Shown: positions 27,142-35,334 of the stretch, in pieces | Position numbering within the stretch: the stretch's first letter is position 1 | Layout of the letters: every line of letters starts with the position of its first letter | Assembly (NCBI GenBank): GCA_965203175.1 | Contig: OZ241867.1 | Location: 2,112,001 to 2,176,000 of the forward strand | Direction of reading: 5' to 3' | Length of the DNA stretch: 64,000 nt | Origin: Candidatus Latescibacterota bacterium | Lineage (GTDB): Bacteria; Latescibacterota; UBA2968; UBA8231 | Made by a program: the position numbers and the translations under genes | Notes under the pieces: model-generated | Database searches by the model: none | Told to the model about the DNA's origin: nothing | The model's input: the letters and a program-made list of their open reading frames with translations, nothing else

Positions 27142-28968
27142 CTATCCAGCGGCCCGTTGACTATCCAGCAAAAAGCCTTCGGCCTGCATGTTGAACAGTT
27201 CGGCGTAGAGTCCGTCTTGGGCCATTAGCTCTCGGTGACTGCCGCGCTCGGCAATGCGTCCCTGCTGAAACACGTAGATCGTATCTGCCATGCGGACGGT
27301 CGAAAAGCGGTGCGAGATGAGGATGGTGGTCTTGCCGGCGGTCAGTTCGAGGAAGCGTTGGAAAATGTCGTATTCGGCGCGGGCATCGAGGACGCTGGTC
27401 GGCTCGTCCAAAACGAGGATGTCGGAGTGGCGAAAAAAAGCGCGCGCTAAGGCGATCTTCTGCCACTGTCCGCCCGATAGGTCGGTGCCGCGCTCGAACC
27501 AAGAGCCGATGCGGGTCTGATAGCCCTCGTCCAGCGTCTCGATGAATTCGCGCAAGCCAGCTTTCTCGGCCGCGGCCGCGATGCCGTCCAAATCGTCGAG
27601 TCGCTCGTATTGCGCGTAGCCGATGTTCTCGGCGACCGTCCCGTGATAGCGCATATAGTCCTGAAAGATGACGCCAAAGCGCTGGCGATACGTTTCCACG
27701 TTGTATTCGCGCAGGTCGCGGCCGCCGAGGTGAATGCATCCCTCGGTTGGATCGTAGAGCCGGGTCAGCAGCTTTACAAAGGTCGTCTTGCCAGATCCGT
27801 TCTCGCCTACCAACGCAATGCGCTCGCCGGGTCGAATGGTCAGCGACACCCCTTCGATTGCGGGTTGGTCGCTCGTCGGATAGGTCAGGGAGACGTCTTC
27901 GAACACAATGCCCGAGCCGAGATCGGTCGGCACCGCGGGAAGGTTCGGTTCAGGTCTGATTTGCGGCTGTATGTCGAGAAAGGCTTGGTAGCCTTGGATG
28001 CCTTCCAGTGAGCGTTCCCAAGCCCACGTCATCCTGGAAATGCCCGATACGGCCTGATGGGCAATGAAGACGACGACAAGAGCCATGCAGGCCAGCCCTA
28101 GGGAAATTTCTTTTGCCATCACCTGCTCGACGAGCCAGTAGCCGAAACAAAGGGCGATTGCTAGAAAAGGCAGGTAGAAAACCAAATTTCTGGCTGCATT
28201 TCCTATGGTGAATAATCCCCTACTGTAGAACCGTTCGGCCGCCTCCTCGGCCATGCCTTTGAAATAGGGGATGAGACCAAACAGACGGATCTCTTTGGCC
28301 GGATGCTGGCCCGAGAGCAGATGCTCAAGGTTGGCTTTGAGCGTAAATTCCTCATCTTGTGAATCCTTCTGTGGCCGAGTCAGCCACTGGACGAGGCTCA
28401 CGACCAACAGGGCCGTCCCGGCCATGAGGATCGGCCAGCCAATCAAGGCACAGAGAACCACTAGCCCCATCGCTTCGACGCCGAGGAAAATGAAGCTATA
28501 AATCGAATCCATTACCCCGCAGGCGGTGTAATCGAGTGCGTGCCGGTTCTTCAGCAGATCCCGTTCGCCGGCGGCTTCGATTTCTGCTAGGTCGAGTTCG
28601 GCTGATTTGGCGATGAATTCACGCTGCAAAAGCATCTCAAGGTGAAATCCCGCCCGCGAACCTAGCCAATAGGCAATCTGTCGCCCGACAGCCTCCGTCG
28701 CCAGCAGCCCCCCGGCCAACAGTGCCAGCCGAGTCAGCATTGATTCGCTTTGCTGCGGATCCTCAAGCGCCACCATGAGCCAGTCCACCCCCCACCAGAT
28801 GGCAATGCAGCGCAAGATGACAAACAGTCCTTGGACCACTGAGAAAACGGCGCGGGCTACAAATAGGGCAGGAGAGGCTTCCCGCGACTTGTTGGTCGTC
28901 CACCGCATCACGTACAGCCATTCGTCTATTTGGTCCCTGAACGACTGCGGCAGTTTTATCGTTGTCAT
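27142..28968 (-). CDS. ABC exporter ATP-binding/permease
   Basis: GENGSGKT, LSGGQWQK, LDEPT, ISHRFST. Confidence 0.9.
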   Translation of the reverse strand: MTTIKLPQSFRDQIDEWLYVMRWTTNKSREASPALFVARAVFSVVQGLFVILRCIAIWWGVDWLMVALEDPQQSESMLTRLALLAGGLLATEAVGRQIAYWLGSRAGFHLEMLLQREFIAKSAELDLAEIEAAGERDLLKNRHALDYTACGVMDSIYSFIFLGVEAMGLVVLCALIGWPILMAGTALLVVSLVQWLTRPQKDSQDEEFTLKANLEHLLSGQHPAKEIRLFGLIPYFKGMAEEAAERFYSRGLFTIGNAARNLVFYLPFLAIALCFGYWLVEQVMAKEISLGLACMALVVVFIAHQAVSGISRMTWAWERSLEGIQGYQAFLDIQPQIRPEPNLPAVPTDLGSGIVFEDVSLTYPTSDQPAIEGVSLTIRPGERIALVGENGSGKTTFVKLLTRLYDPTEGCIHLGGRDLREYNVETYRQRFGVIFQDYMRYHGTVAENIGYAQYERLDDLDGIAAAAEKAGLREFIETLDEGYQTRIGSWFERGTDLSGGQWQKIALARAFFRHSDILVLDEPTSVLDARAEYDIFQRFLELTAGKTTILISHRFSTVRMADTIYVFQQGRIAERGSHRELMAQDGLYAELFNMQAEGFLLDSQRAAG

Positions 28969-29037
28969 GAGTCGGTCTCCTGTTGACAGCAGATCCGGGC
29001 AAAGGCCGAGATACAGCTTCCGGGGGAATATCGAATT

Positions 29038-29397
29038 TCAGCGCGTGGTGTCGTTTTCCAAATCGTCGAGCATCTGTTGTATCGTCGCCTGTAGAGTAGG
29101 TAACTGCTCGTGCACGGCATTCCAGAGAATTTCGTGTTTAATAGAGTCATAGCCGTGGATGAGCCGATCCCGCATTCCGGCGATGGCCCGCCACTCCACT
29201 TGGGTATAGCGATTGCGTAGGTCGTTGGGCAGGCGTTTTACTGCTTCGCCGAGAATTTCCAGTGCTCGTTCTAGGGCCAGAGTCGCTTGCCAGTCGCTCA
29301 CCAAGTCATCCAGAGTTTTGCCCGCACAAATCTCCTGTGCCCGACCGGCATATTCCTCTATTTGCCGCAGCGTAACCCGATAGTCATGCTTGCTCAT
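29038..29397 (-). CDS. hepT: DUF86/HepT HEPN RNase toxin
   Basis: IAGMRDRLIHGY (RxxxxHxY). Confidence 0.88.
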   Translation of the reverse strand: MSKHDYRVTLRQIEEYAGRAQEICAGKTLDDLVSDWQATLALERALEILGEAVKRLPNDLRNRYTQVEWRAIAGMRDRLIHGYDSIKHEILWNAVHEQLPTLQATIQQMLDDLENDTTR

Positions 29398-29692
29398 AGA
29401 GCGGCAGCATTTCCTGACGAACGAGGGGTTCTATCCACCTATTCAGCCCTGAAAACAAATCGACCTTGTGTCCAAAAATGGCCTCTAACTCTTCATGCCA
29501 GATAAAAAATTCCCAACCCGGGGTCCGGTCAGGTAGAAACTCCACTAGCACATCTACGTCGCTGCGAACCGGATCAAAATCATCCCGCAGGACCGAGCCA
29601 AATAGACTCAGCCGGCCTATCCCGTGCGTACGGCAGAAGACGGCGATTTTTTCTCGATCAATTTTGATGGGTAAATGTTTAGCTGAGGCCAT
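29384..29692 (-). CDS. mntA: Minimal nucleotidyltransferase antitoxin
   Basis: LFGSVLRDDF..SDVDVLV. Confidence 0.88.
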   Translation of the reverse strand: MASAKHLPIKIDREKIAVFCRTHGIGRLSLFGSVLRDDFDPVRSDVDVLVEFLPDRTPGWEFFIWHEELEAIFGHKVDLFSGLNRWIEPLVRQEMLPLYEQA

Positions 29693-29741
29693 AATGGAAA
29701 TTATAGAGCTTGCAGCCTGTTCAGGACCTATTTTAGGCAGA

Positions 29742-30050
29742 TTAGCCAGCGGCTGATTGCAGTCCCTTCCACGGCTTGATCTTCGCCAGATCGGCGGCGA
29801 GCGTTTCTTCCGCCACTTCGGTGTCGTACGCTATCTGGGCCCTCAGCCAGTAGCCCTTGGAGAGGTTGAAAAAGCGACACAAGCGCAGGTCCGTATCCGC
29901 TGTAATGGTCCGCTTTCCAGCTACAATCTCACTGATTCGCTGGGCGGGAACACCGATTTCTTTGGCGAGGCGATACTGCGAGAGTTCCATGGGGACCAAG
30001 AACTCCTCTCGCAGCAATTCTCCGGGCGTCACAGGGTTGAGCTTGGACAT
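29742..30050 (-). CDS. higA: HigA addiction-module antitoxin (orphan)
   Basis: PGELLREEFL, ITADTDLRL, YWLRAQ. Confidence 0.9.
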   Translation of the reverse strand: MSKLNPVTPGELLREEFLVPMELSQYRLAKEIGVPAQRISEIVAGKRTITADTDLRLCRFFNLSKGYWLRAQIAYDTEVAEETLAADLAKIKPWKGLQSAAG

Positions 30051-30063
30051 ACTCTTTGTGTTC

Positions 30064-30150
30064 CTAATGGTAATCGACGATCTCGACATCTTCCGCACCG
30101 GCAGCCGACCAGCGGAAGCACACCCGAAACTGGTCGTTCACGCGAATGTA
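30064..30150 (-). pseudogene. higB: C-terminal stub of HigB toxin
   Basis: Minus strand reads IRVNDQFRVCFRWSAAGAEDVEIVDYH*; no start codon, 5' two thirds missing. Confidence 0.85.
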
Positions 30151-30151
30151 A

Positions 30152-30180
30152 ATAGTAACGTGATACGTGATTAATATCAA
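30152..30180 (-). promoter_or_regulatory. higBA promoter
   Basis: Minus strand TTGATA-17 bp-TACTAT; spacer holds tandem ATCACGT. Confidence 0.6.
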
Positions 30181-30214
30181 ACGGGACAATCTAGCTGCTG
30201 TGTGGCTACCGCTG

Positions 30215-31117
30215 TTATCCCTTCACCGCCCCTAGCTGAATCCCGCTGATAAACCACCGCTGAAAAAAGACGAAAACCGCGATCATCGGCACGAGCATCA
30301 ATACCGACCCCGCGCAAATCAGCCCGTAGTCGTTGACATACAGGTCCGACAGCTTGGCCAATCCCACCGGCAGCACCATCATCGAATCCGAATCCGTCAT
30401 AATCAGCGGCCAGAGAAAAGCCCGCCAACGTCCGAGGAAGGTAAAAATTGCCAAGGCCCCTAGCGCTGGCTTGGCCAGCGGCACCACCACGTGCCAAAAC
30501 ACGCCCCACGCCGAGCATCCGTCGATGAGCGCCGCCTCCTCGATCTCGCGCGAAATGCCTAGCAAAAACTGCCGCAGCATAAATGTTCCGTACGCGCTGA
30601 AACACCCCGGCGCGATGAGGGCGAAGAAACTATCTAGTCCCACTGGATGGCCGATGTAGTGACTCTTTAAGTAGAGGAAACCGCTGAAAAAATCCGTTGC
30701 TAATACCGCGTTCAGCCATTCGGGGATCTTCTTCATCAGTACGAATTGCGGGATCATCAACACGTCGGCCGGAATCATCATCGTCGATAGATAGCCGAGG
30801 AAGAGCACGTCGCGGCCCCGGAACTGCAAGCGGGCAAAGGCGTACGCCGCCAGTGCGCTAGTGGCGACTTGGACTACAGTGACGGCGGTGGCGATGAACA
30901 GCGAATTGGCGTAGTAGCGGAGGAAGGAGAAGGCGCGGAACACGCCGGCGTAATTGTCCGTTGTCCAGCGCGGCGGAATCCACCCGAGCGTCACATCGAC
31001 GTTGTACTTGAAGGAGGTGAGCAGGGTCCACACCAGCGGCACCACCATGCCGCTGAGCACGAGGAGCAAGATCGCATAGATCAGGACCGTTGATTGGTGC
31101 TGACGCCAGCGCGCCAT
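30215..31117 (-). CDS. Carbohydrate ABC transporter permease (MalG type)
   Basis: EIEEAALIDG, ends GAVKG. Confidence 0.92.
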   Translation of the reverse strand: MARWRQHQSTVLIYAILLLVLSGMVVPLVWTLLTSFKYNVDVTLGWIPPRWTTDNYAGVFRAFSFLRYYANSLFIATAVTVVQVATSALAAYAFARLQFRGRDVLFLGYLSTMMIPADVLMIPQFVLMKKIPEWLNAVLATDFFSGFLYLKSHYIGHPVGLDSFFALIAPGCFSAYGTFMLRQFLLGISREIEEAALIDGCSAWGVFWHVVVPLAKPALGALAIFTFLGRWRAFLWPLIMTDSDSMMVLPVGLAKLSDLYVNDYGLICAGSVLMLVPMIAVFVFFQRWFISGIQLGAVKG

Positions 31118-32061
31118 TAGACGGCCTCCAACCGCTTGCCGCCGTAGCGCCAGTTGAGCAAGGTCGCCGCGAAAATCAGCGCGAAGAGCACCATTGAAAT
31201 CGCCGCAGCGTACCCTACTTCTAGCTGCTCGTACGCCTGGGTGTAGATGTAGTAGCTCATGGTGGTCGTCGATCCCTCGGGGCCGCCTCCGGTCATTACA
31301 TAAGCAGCTTCAAAGCCACCTTGCAGGCCGCCGATTATACTGGTGACGAGGATGAAAAAAGTCGTGGGCGCTAGCTGGGGCACGGTGATATGGACGAGCT
31401 GGGACCACCAGCCAGCGCCGTCCATTTCAGCGGCCTCGTAGAGTTCGAGCGGGATGTTTTGCAGGCCGGCCAAGTAGAGAACCATGTTGTAGCCGCCGAC
31501 GCTGGCCCAGATGAACATGATGATCAGCGCGGGCTTGGCCCAAGATGCGTCGATTAGCCACCCCGGCAGGAGCGCGGCGGCTCGCTCGGGCGCGATGCCC
31601 AATACCCCAAAAATCTGCCACAAAAGCCCATTGATGATGCCGACGTTTGGCTCGTAGGTCAGGAGCATCTTCCAGACCATATAGATGGCGATGCCCGTAC
31701 ACAGGTGGGGAATAAAGAACAGGGTGCGGAAGAAGATGCGGCCGGGCAGTTCTTTGTTTAACAGCACGGCCAAGAGCAGGGAACCGGCCATGGCGAGCGG
31801 GATGTTGAGCATCAAAAAGAGCGTGTTGCCGAGGTACTTCCAGAAGTACGGGTCGCGCGCCACCCACTCGCCATCGACTTTTTTGAAGAGCACTAGATCC
31901 GCAAAATTGTCTAGCCCGATGAAGGCGGGTGCGCCCGAGGCGAGTTGATAGCGGTAGAAGCCCATGCCCGCAGCCACTACGACCGGACCAAGCGCGAAGA
32001 TGAGAAAGCCGACGAAATTGGGCAGCAAAAAGAAGAACGCGGCTTTGTTTTGACTCTTCAT
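31117..32061 (-). CDS. Carbohydrate ABC transporter permease (MalF type)
   Basis: LYEAAEMDGA, FIGLDNF; start ATG 32061 coupled to the upstream stop. Confidence 0.9.
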   Translation of the reverse strand: MKSQNKAAFFFLLPNFVGFLIFALGPVVVAAGMGFYRYQLASGAPAFIGLDNFADLVLFKKVDGEWVARDPYFWKYLGNTLFLMLNIPLAMAGSLLLAVLLNKELPGRIFFRTLFFIPHLCTGIAIYMVWKMLLTYEPNVGIINGLLWQIFGVLGIAPERAAALLPGWLIDASWAKPALIIMFIWASVGGYNMVLYLAGLQNIPLELYEAAEMDGAGWWSQLVHITVPQLAPTTFFILVTSIIGGLQGGFEAAYVMTGGGPEGSTTTMSYYIYTQAYEQLEVGYAAAISMVLFALIFAATLLNWRYGGKRLEAV

Positions 32062-33350
32062 CAGGGGGTTTCTTCGGAGTAGATGCGCTGCAGATAGGTG
32101 TTGGTCACTTGGTGGGCTTCGGCGAGGGCTTCGGCCACGCTCTCGCGGCCGGTGAGGGCTGCGTCGAGTTCGTCGAGCATCCGGCGGTAGAGATCTTCCC
32201 ACCACAGTTCTTGGGGGAAGAGCCGGACATTGTAGTCCATCGAGCGCACGAAGACCTCCTCCTCGTAGGGCGTCGCCGCCCGCGGATAGGTGTTGCGGGC
32301 CACCGAGCGCTGCGGTGGCAGGTCGCTGCCCAACTTGGCCATCTTGGTCGTCGCCTCGGCCGAGATCATGTGCTTGAGCACATCCCAGGCGACTTCTGGC
32401 TCGCGCGTGCCCTTCCAGATGGTAAAACCGACGCTGGCATAGCGCGTCTGTCGGCCAGCCGGTCCCTGGGGAAAGAGCGCCGCGTCCCACTCGAAGCGGT
32501 CCAAGAGCTGAAAAGTCGGCAGCATCCACGGCCCCATGATGCCGATGGCGATGCGCCCGGCCTCAAACGTGAAGGTGCTCATGGCGTTGTCGCTGCGCAC
32601 GCCAGGGCGGGGTGGGCTGACCTTGTGCTTGAAATAGAGATCGACGTAGAACTGTACTGCTTGGGCCACCCGCGGATCGTCGAGGTTGGAGACGTAGCGC
32701 CCGTTTTCCTGCCGGAGGAAGTCTCCACCCATGCTCCACACGTAGCTGGCGATGTCGTACGGGGTGCAGCCGTAGACATCTGGCAGGCCGTCTTGGTCTT
32801 CGTCGATGGTCAGGGCCTTGGCCTTGACTAGGAGATCGTCGAGCGTCCAGTCGTCGGTGGGATAGCTGATACCGTAGCGGTCGAAGAGGTTTTTGTTGTA
32901 AAAGCAGGTGATGGTGCTGCCTTTGACCGGAATGCCGTAGAGGGTGCCGTGGTAGGTGTACGCTTGCAGACCCACTGGATAGTAATCGCCGATGTCGAGC
33001 TGGTCGCGCCGCATTAAGTCGTCGAGCGGCAGGAGTTGCCCGGTGCTAGCGACTTGGGGCATCTGCCGCCAGTGCAATACGCAGATATCGGGGGCGTGCC
33101 CGGCGTCCATGCCCGTCAGGAGCTTCTGCACGACGCTGCGACCGGGTACTACCTCTAAACGCAGGCGAACTTCCGGGTGCTGTTGGCGATATTCGGCGGC
33201 GACATTGCGGTACAGCTCGGCTTCTTGCGGCGACCCCCATACCCACATGGTCAGCACCTCTTCGGCCGGGTACCAGTGAATGGAGAGGAAGCTCCAGAGT
33301 GCCCCGGCAGCTAGTGCTGCGACGATCCCCAAGCGAACAAAAGGCGGCAA
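32061..33350 (-). CDS. Sugar ABC transporter substrate-binding protein
   Basis: LYGIP, FYNKNLFD, GRIAIGIMGPW; N-terminal anchor without a lipobox. Confidence 0.9.
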   Translation of the reverse strand: MPPFVRLGIVAALAAGALWSFLSIHWYPAEEVLTMWVWGSPQEAELYRNVAAEYRQQHPEVRLRLEVVPGRSVVQKLLTGMDAGHAPDICVLHWRQMPQVASTGQLLPLDDLMRRDQLDIGDYYPVGLQAYTYHGTLYGIPVKGSTITCFYNKNLFDRYGISYPTDDWTLDDLLVKAKALTIDEDQDGLPDVYGCTPYDIASYVWSMGGDFLRQENGRYVSNLDDPRVAQAVQFYVDLYFKHKVSPPRPGVRSDNAMSTFTFEAGRIAIGIMGPWMLPTFQLLDRFEWDAALFPQGPAGRQTRYASVGFTIWKGTREPEVAWDVLKHMISAEATTKMAKLGSDLPPQRSVARNTYPRAATPYEEEVFVRSMDYNVRLFPQELWWEDLYRRMLDELDAALTGRESVAEALAEAHQVTNTYLQRIYSEETP

Positions 33351-33359
33351 GGCGAGAAT

Positions 33360-34232
33360 CTAGCCGGTGGCGAATACTTTTTCTTGTTCTTGCAGCGGCT
33401 TTTGCAGCTCGTAGATGCCGCCGCCGCTGCGCGCTCCGGCTGGCATGCGCGTGCGAGCCGTCATCGACACGAGGCGAAAATCGTAGGTGGGTTCGCCGCG
33501 CAGGATGTTGGCGTTAAAGGAATCCCAATTGCCCACTCCGCCGAGCGGCCAGGCGTCGACGGCTGCGTACTGATACAGCAAGAGCCGCCGGGATATACCC
33601 GAGCGGTTGAGCGCCGAGCCGTGCAAGGTGCGGGCGTGGTGGATGGAAAGCGAGCCGGCTTTCATTTCTAGGGGCACGGCCGACGTGAGGTCGATATGGT
33701 CGCGGCTGGGACTGATAGCCCCGATGAAGTAGCCGTCTTGGTGGTGATCGAGGATCGGGCCCCGGTGAGAGCCGGGTACTACCATCATGCAGCCGTTTTC
33801 TCGCGTGGCATCGTCTAGCGCAATGCCCACGGCGCACAAATCGTCGTTGGAGTGCGGATAGTGGGCAAAGTCTTGGTGCCACTCGACTGGGCTGCCGCCG
33901 TCGGCCGGCTTCATGTTGAGCTTGTCGCCTTGGGCGCGGATGGCCGGACCGATCAGGGGTGTCAAAAGGTCTAGGATGCGGCTGTCGCGCATTAAGCCAT
34001 CGAAGAAGGGGTGATAACTCGCTGGCGAGCTCAGGCGGCGCACCTTGGGGTTTTCGGGGGTGTGATCCGGCTCTAGGTCGAAGTGCCCGCTCTGCTCGGA
34101 GACGTGCCGCGACTGCTCGACGAAGTCATCGACAATGGCGTGTGCCTCCTCCAACTCGTCTGGGCGCAACACATCCTCGAAGACGAGATAGCCATGTTCG
34201 CGGTAGAAATCGACCTGTTCCTGGGTGAGCAT
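33360..34232 (-). CDS. PhyH-family dioxygenase
   Basis: EWHQD, ENGCMMVVPGSH, TLHGSALN..SRR. Confidence 0.9.
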   Translation of the reverse strand: MLTQEQVDFYREHGYLVFEDVLRPDELEEAHAIVDDFVEQSRHVSEQSGHFDLEPDHTPENPKVRRLSSPASYHPFFDGLMRDSRILDLLTPLIGPAIRAQGDKLNMKPADGGSPVEWHQDFAHYPHSNDDLCAVGIALDDATRENGCMMVVPGSHRGPILDHHQDGYFIGAISPSRDHIDLTSAVPLEMKAGSLSIHHARTLHGSALNRSGISRRLLLYQYAAVDAWPLGGVGNWDSFNANILRGEPTYDFRLVSMTARTRMPAGARSGGGIYELQKPLQEQEKVFATG

Positions 34233-34249
34233 ATAACCTCCTGAAAGTA

Positions 34250-34288
34250 TTCGGGCAGGCCCCGCACCTAGGTGGGACCTGCCCGGAA
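34250..34288 (-). terminator. GC-rich hairpin downstream of 34314-35210
   Basis: TTCGGGCAGG...CCTGCCCGGAA inverted repeat; weak U tract. Confidence 0.55.
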
Positions 34289-34313
34289 TGGTACTGCGAT
34301 TGAGATGAACGGC

Positions 34314-35210
34314 CTAGAACTGGGACTTGATCCGGCCCCAACTGCTCGACTCGACGGCCGTGTCCACGGCACCCCAGTCGATGCCGGGATCGGCCGGAGT
34401 TAGCAGCAAGTCTTGGGCGGCGTGGCAGCACGAAATGGGATTGGTGCTCCACATGCCGATGCGGTTGTCGCCATCGCCTGCACCACCATCGACGTCGTTA
34501 ACCGTCAGGGTGATGTGAATGACCCCGCCCTCGGTCAGGTCGTGGATCTCGACCTGTTCCTCAGTGGCCTCAGCCGAGCGCGGCATCTTCTCGATCGGCA
34601 GGATGCGGAGCTCGTAGGTGTACGTGCTCTCGCCGAACTCTTCGCCCTCGTGACTGGAGGCGATCTCGATCCACTGCGAGCCGCTGGTCAGCCACGGCAG
34701 GTTGTAGATCGGGCGATACCACTCAAAGGTTTCCTGATAGACCGGGAAGGCGAACTTGTAGCTGAAGTTGGTCGCATCGTCGCCGGGATTCAGGTCGTCG
34801 CGGCCTTGGTGTGCAGCGTTGAGCTCGTACTCGACGCTGTCATCCCAGAAGAATTTGCCTGGGTCTTGACGCTGAGTGATGTGAATGTCGTCGAAGACGC
34901 GGCTGGTGATGTACACGTTGTTGGTGCCGTCATTCCAGCCGACGAGGTGGCGGATCTGCATCGAGCTGGCGTCCAGCCCGCCGCGGTCGACGTTCTCGCC
35001 GGCAAAGCCGTGGATCGAGAACAAGGACTCGCTGAAAATCCCGTACGAGTCGAGGGGCACAGGAGCCCACTCGCCAGCGTTGCCGTCGATGACGGGCACG
35101 TTGGCATCGGGAAAGTTCACGGCGACCAACAGTTCGCCAGGCGGCTCGTGGGCTTGGGCGGCAACCACAAGGCCCAACGAGGCTAAGGCGGTGGTGAGGA
35201 GCTTTTTCAT
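34314..35210 (-). CDS. Secreted CBM9/DOMON-like protein with C-terminal TAVESSSWGRIK motif
   Basis: Signal peptide AQA/HEPPG; PVIDG..EW, VFDD, DSVE, YELRI, VNDVD. Confidence 0.65.
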   Translation of the reverse strand: MKKLLTTALASLGLVVAAQAHEPPGELLVAVNFPDANVPVIDGNAGEWAPVPLDSYGIFSESLFSIHGFAGENVDRGGLDASSMQIRHLVGWNDGTNNVYITSRVFDDIHITQRQDPGKFFWDDSVEYELNAAHQGRDDLNPGDDATNFSYKFAFPVYQETFEWYRPIYNLPWLTSGSQWIEIASSHEGEEFGESTYTYELRILPIEKMPRSAEATEEQVEIHDLTEGGVIHITLTVNDVDGGAGDGDNRIGMWSTNPISCCHAAQDLLLTPADPGIDWGAVDTAVESSSWGRIKSQF

Positions 35211-35301
35211 GGTGAAACTACCTCCACGAGATAGGGTTTAAAGAAGAGAGAAGGTGCGGCGACTCGGCCGCCTTCTCGTTCCACAACGAGATAAAGGGTT
35301 C

Positions 35302-35331
35302 AATATACACGCCTACAAAAGCGTACGTCAA
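35302..35331 (-). promoter_or_regulatory. Sigma70-like promoter for 34314-35210
   Basis: Minus strand TTGACG-18 bp-TATATT. Confidence 0.55.
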
Positions 35332-35334
35332 GGC

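Noticed and set aside
1147-30200. Integron attC cassette array
   Set aside because: No integrase; TAAC...GTTA pairs at about 4720 and 9147 are far too short and lack RYYYAAC/GTTRRRY consensus; genes lie on both strands
32062-32529. Apparent 155-aa N-terminal extension of the sugar permease (similar extensions at 62213, 26135, 17956)
   Set aside because: Overlaps the neighbouring gene out of frame; downstream ATGs give normal-length proteins
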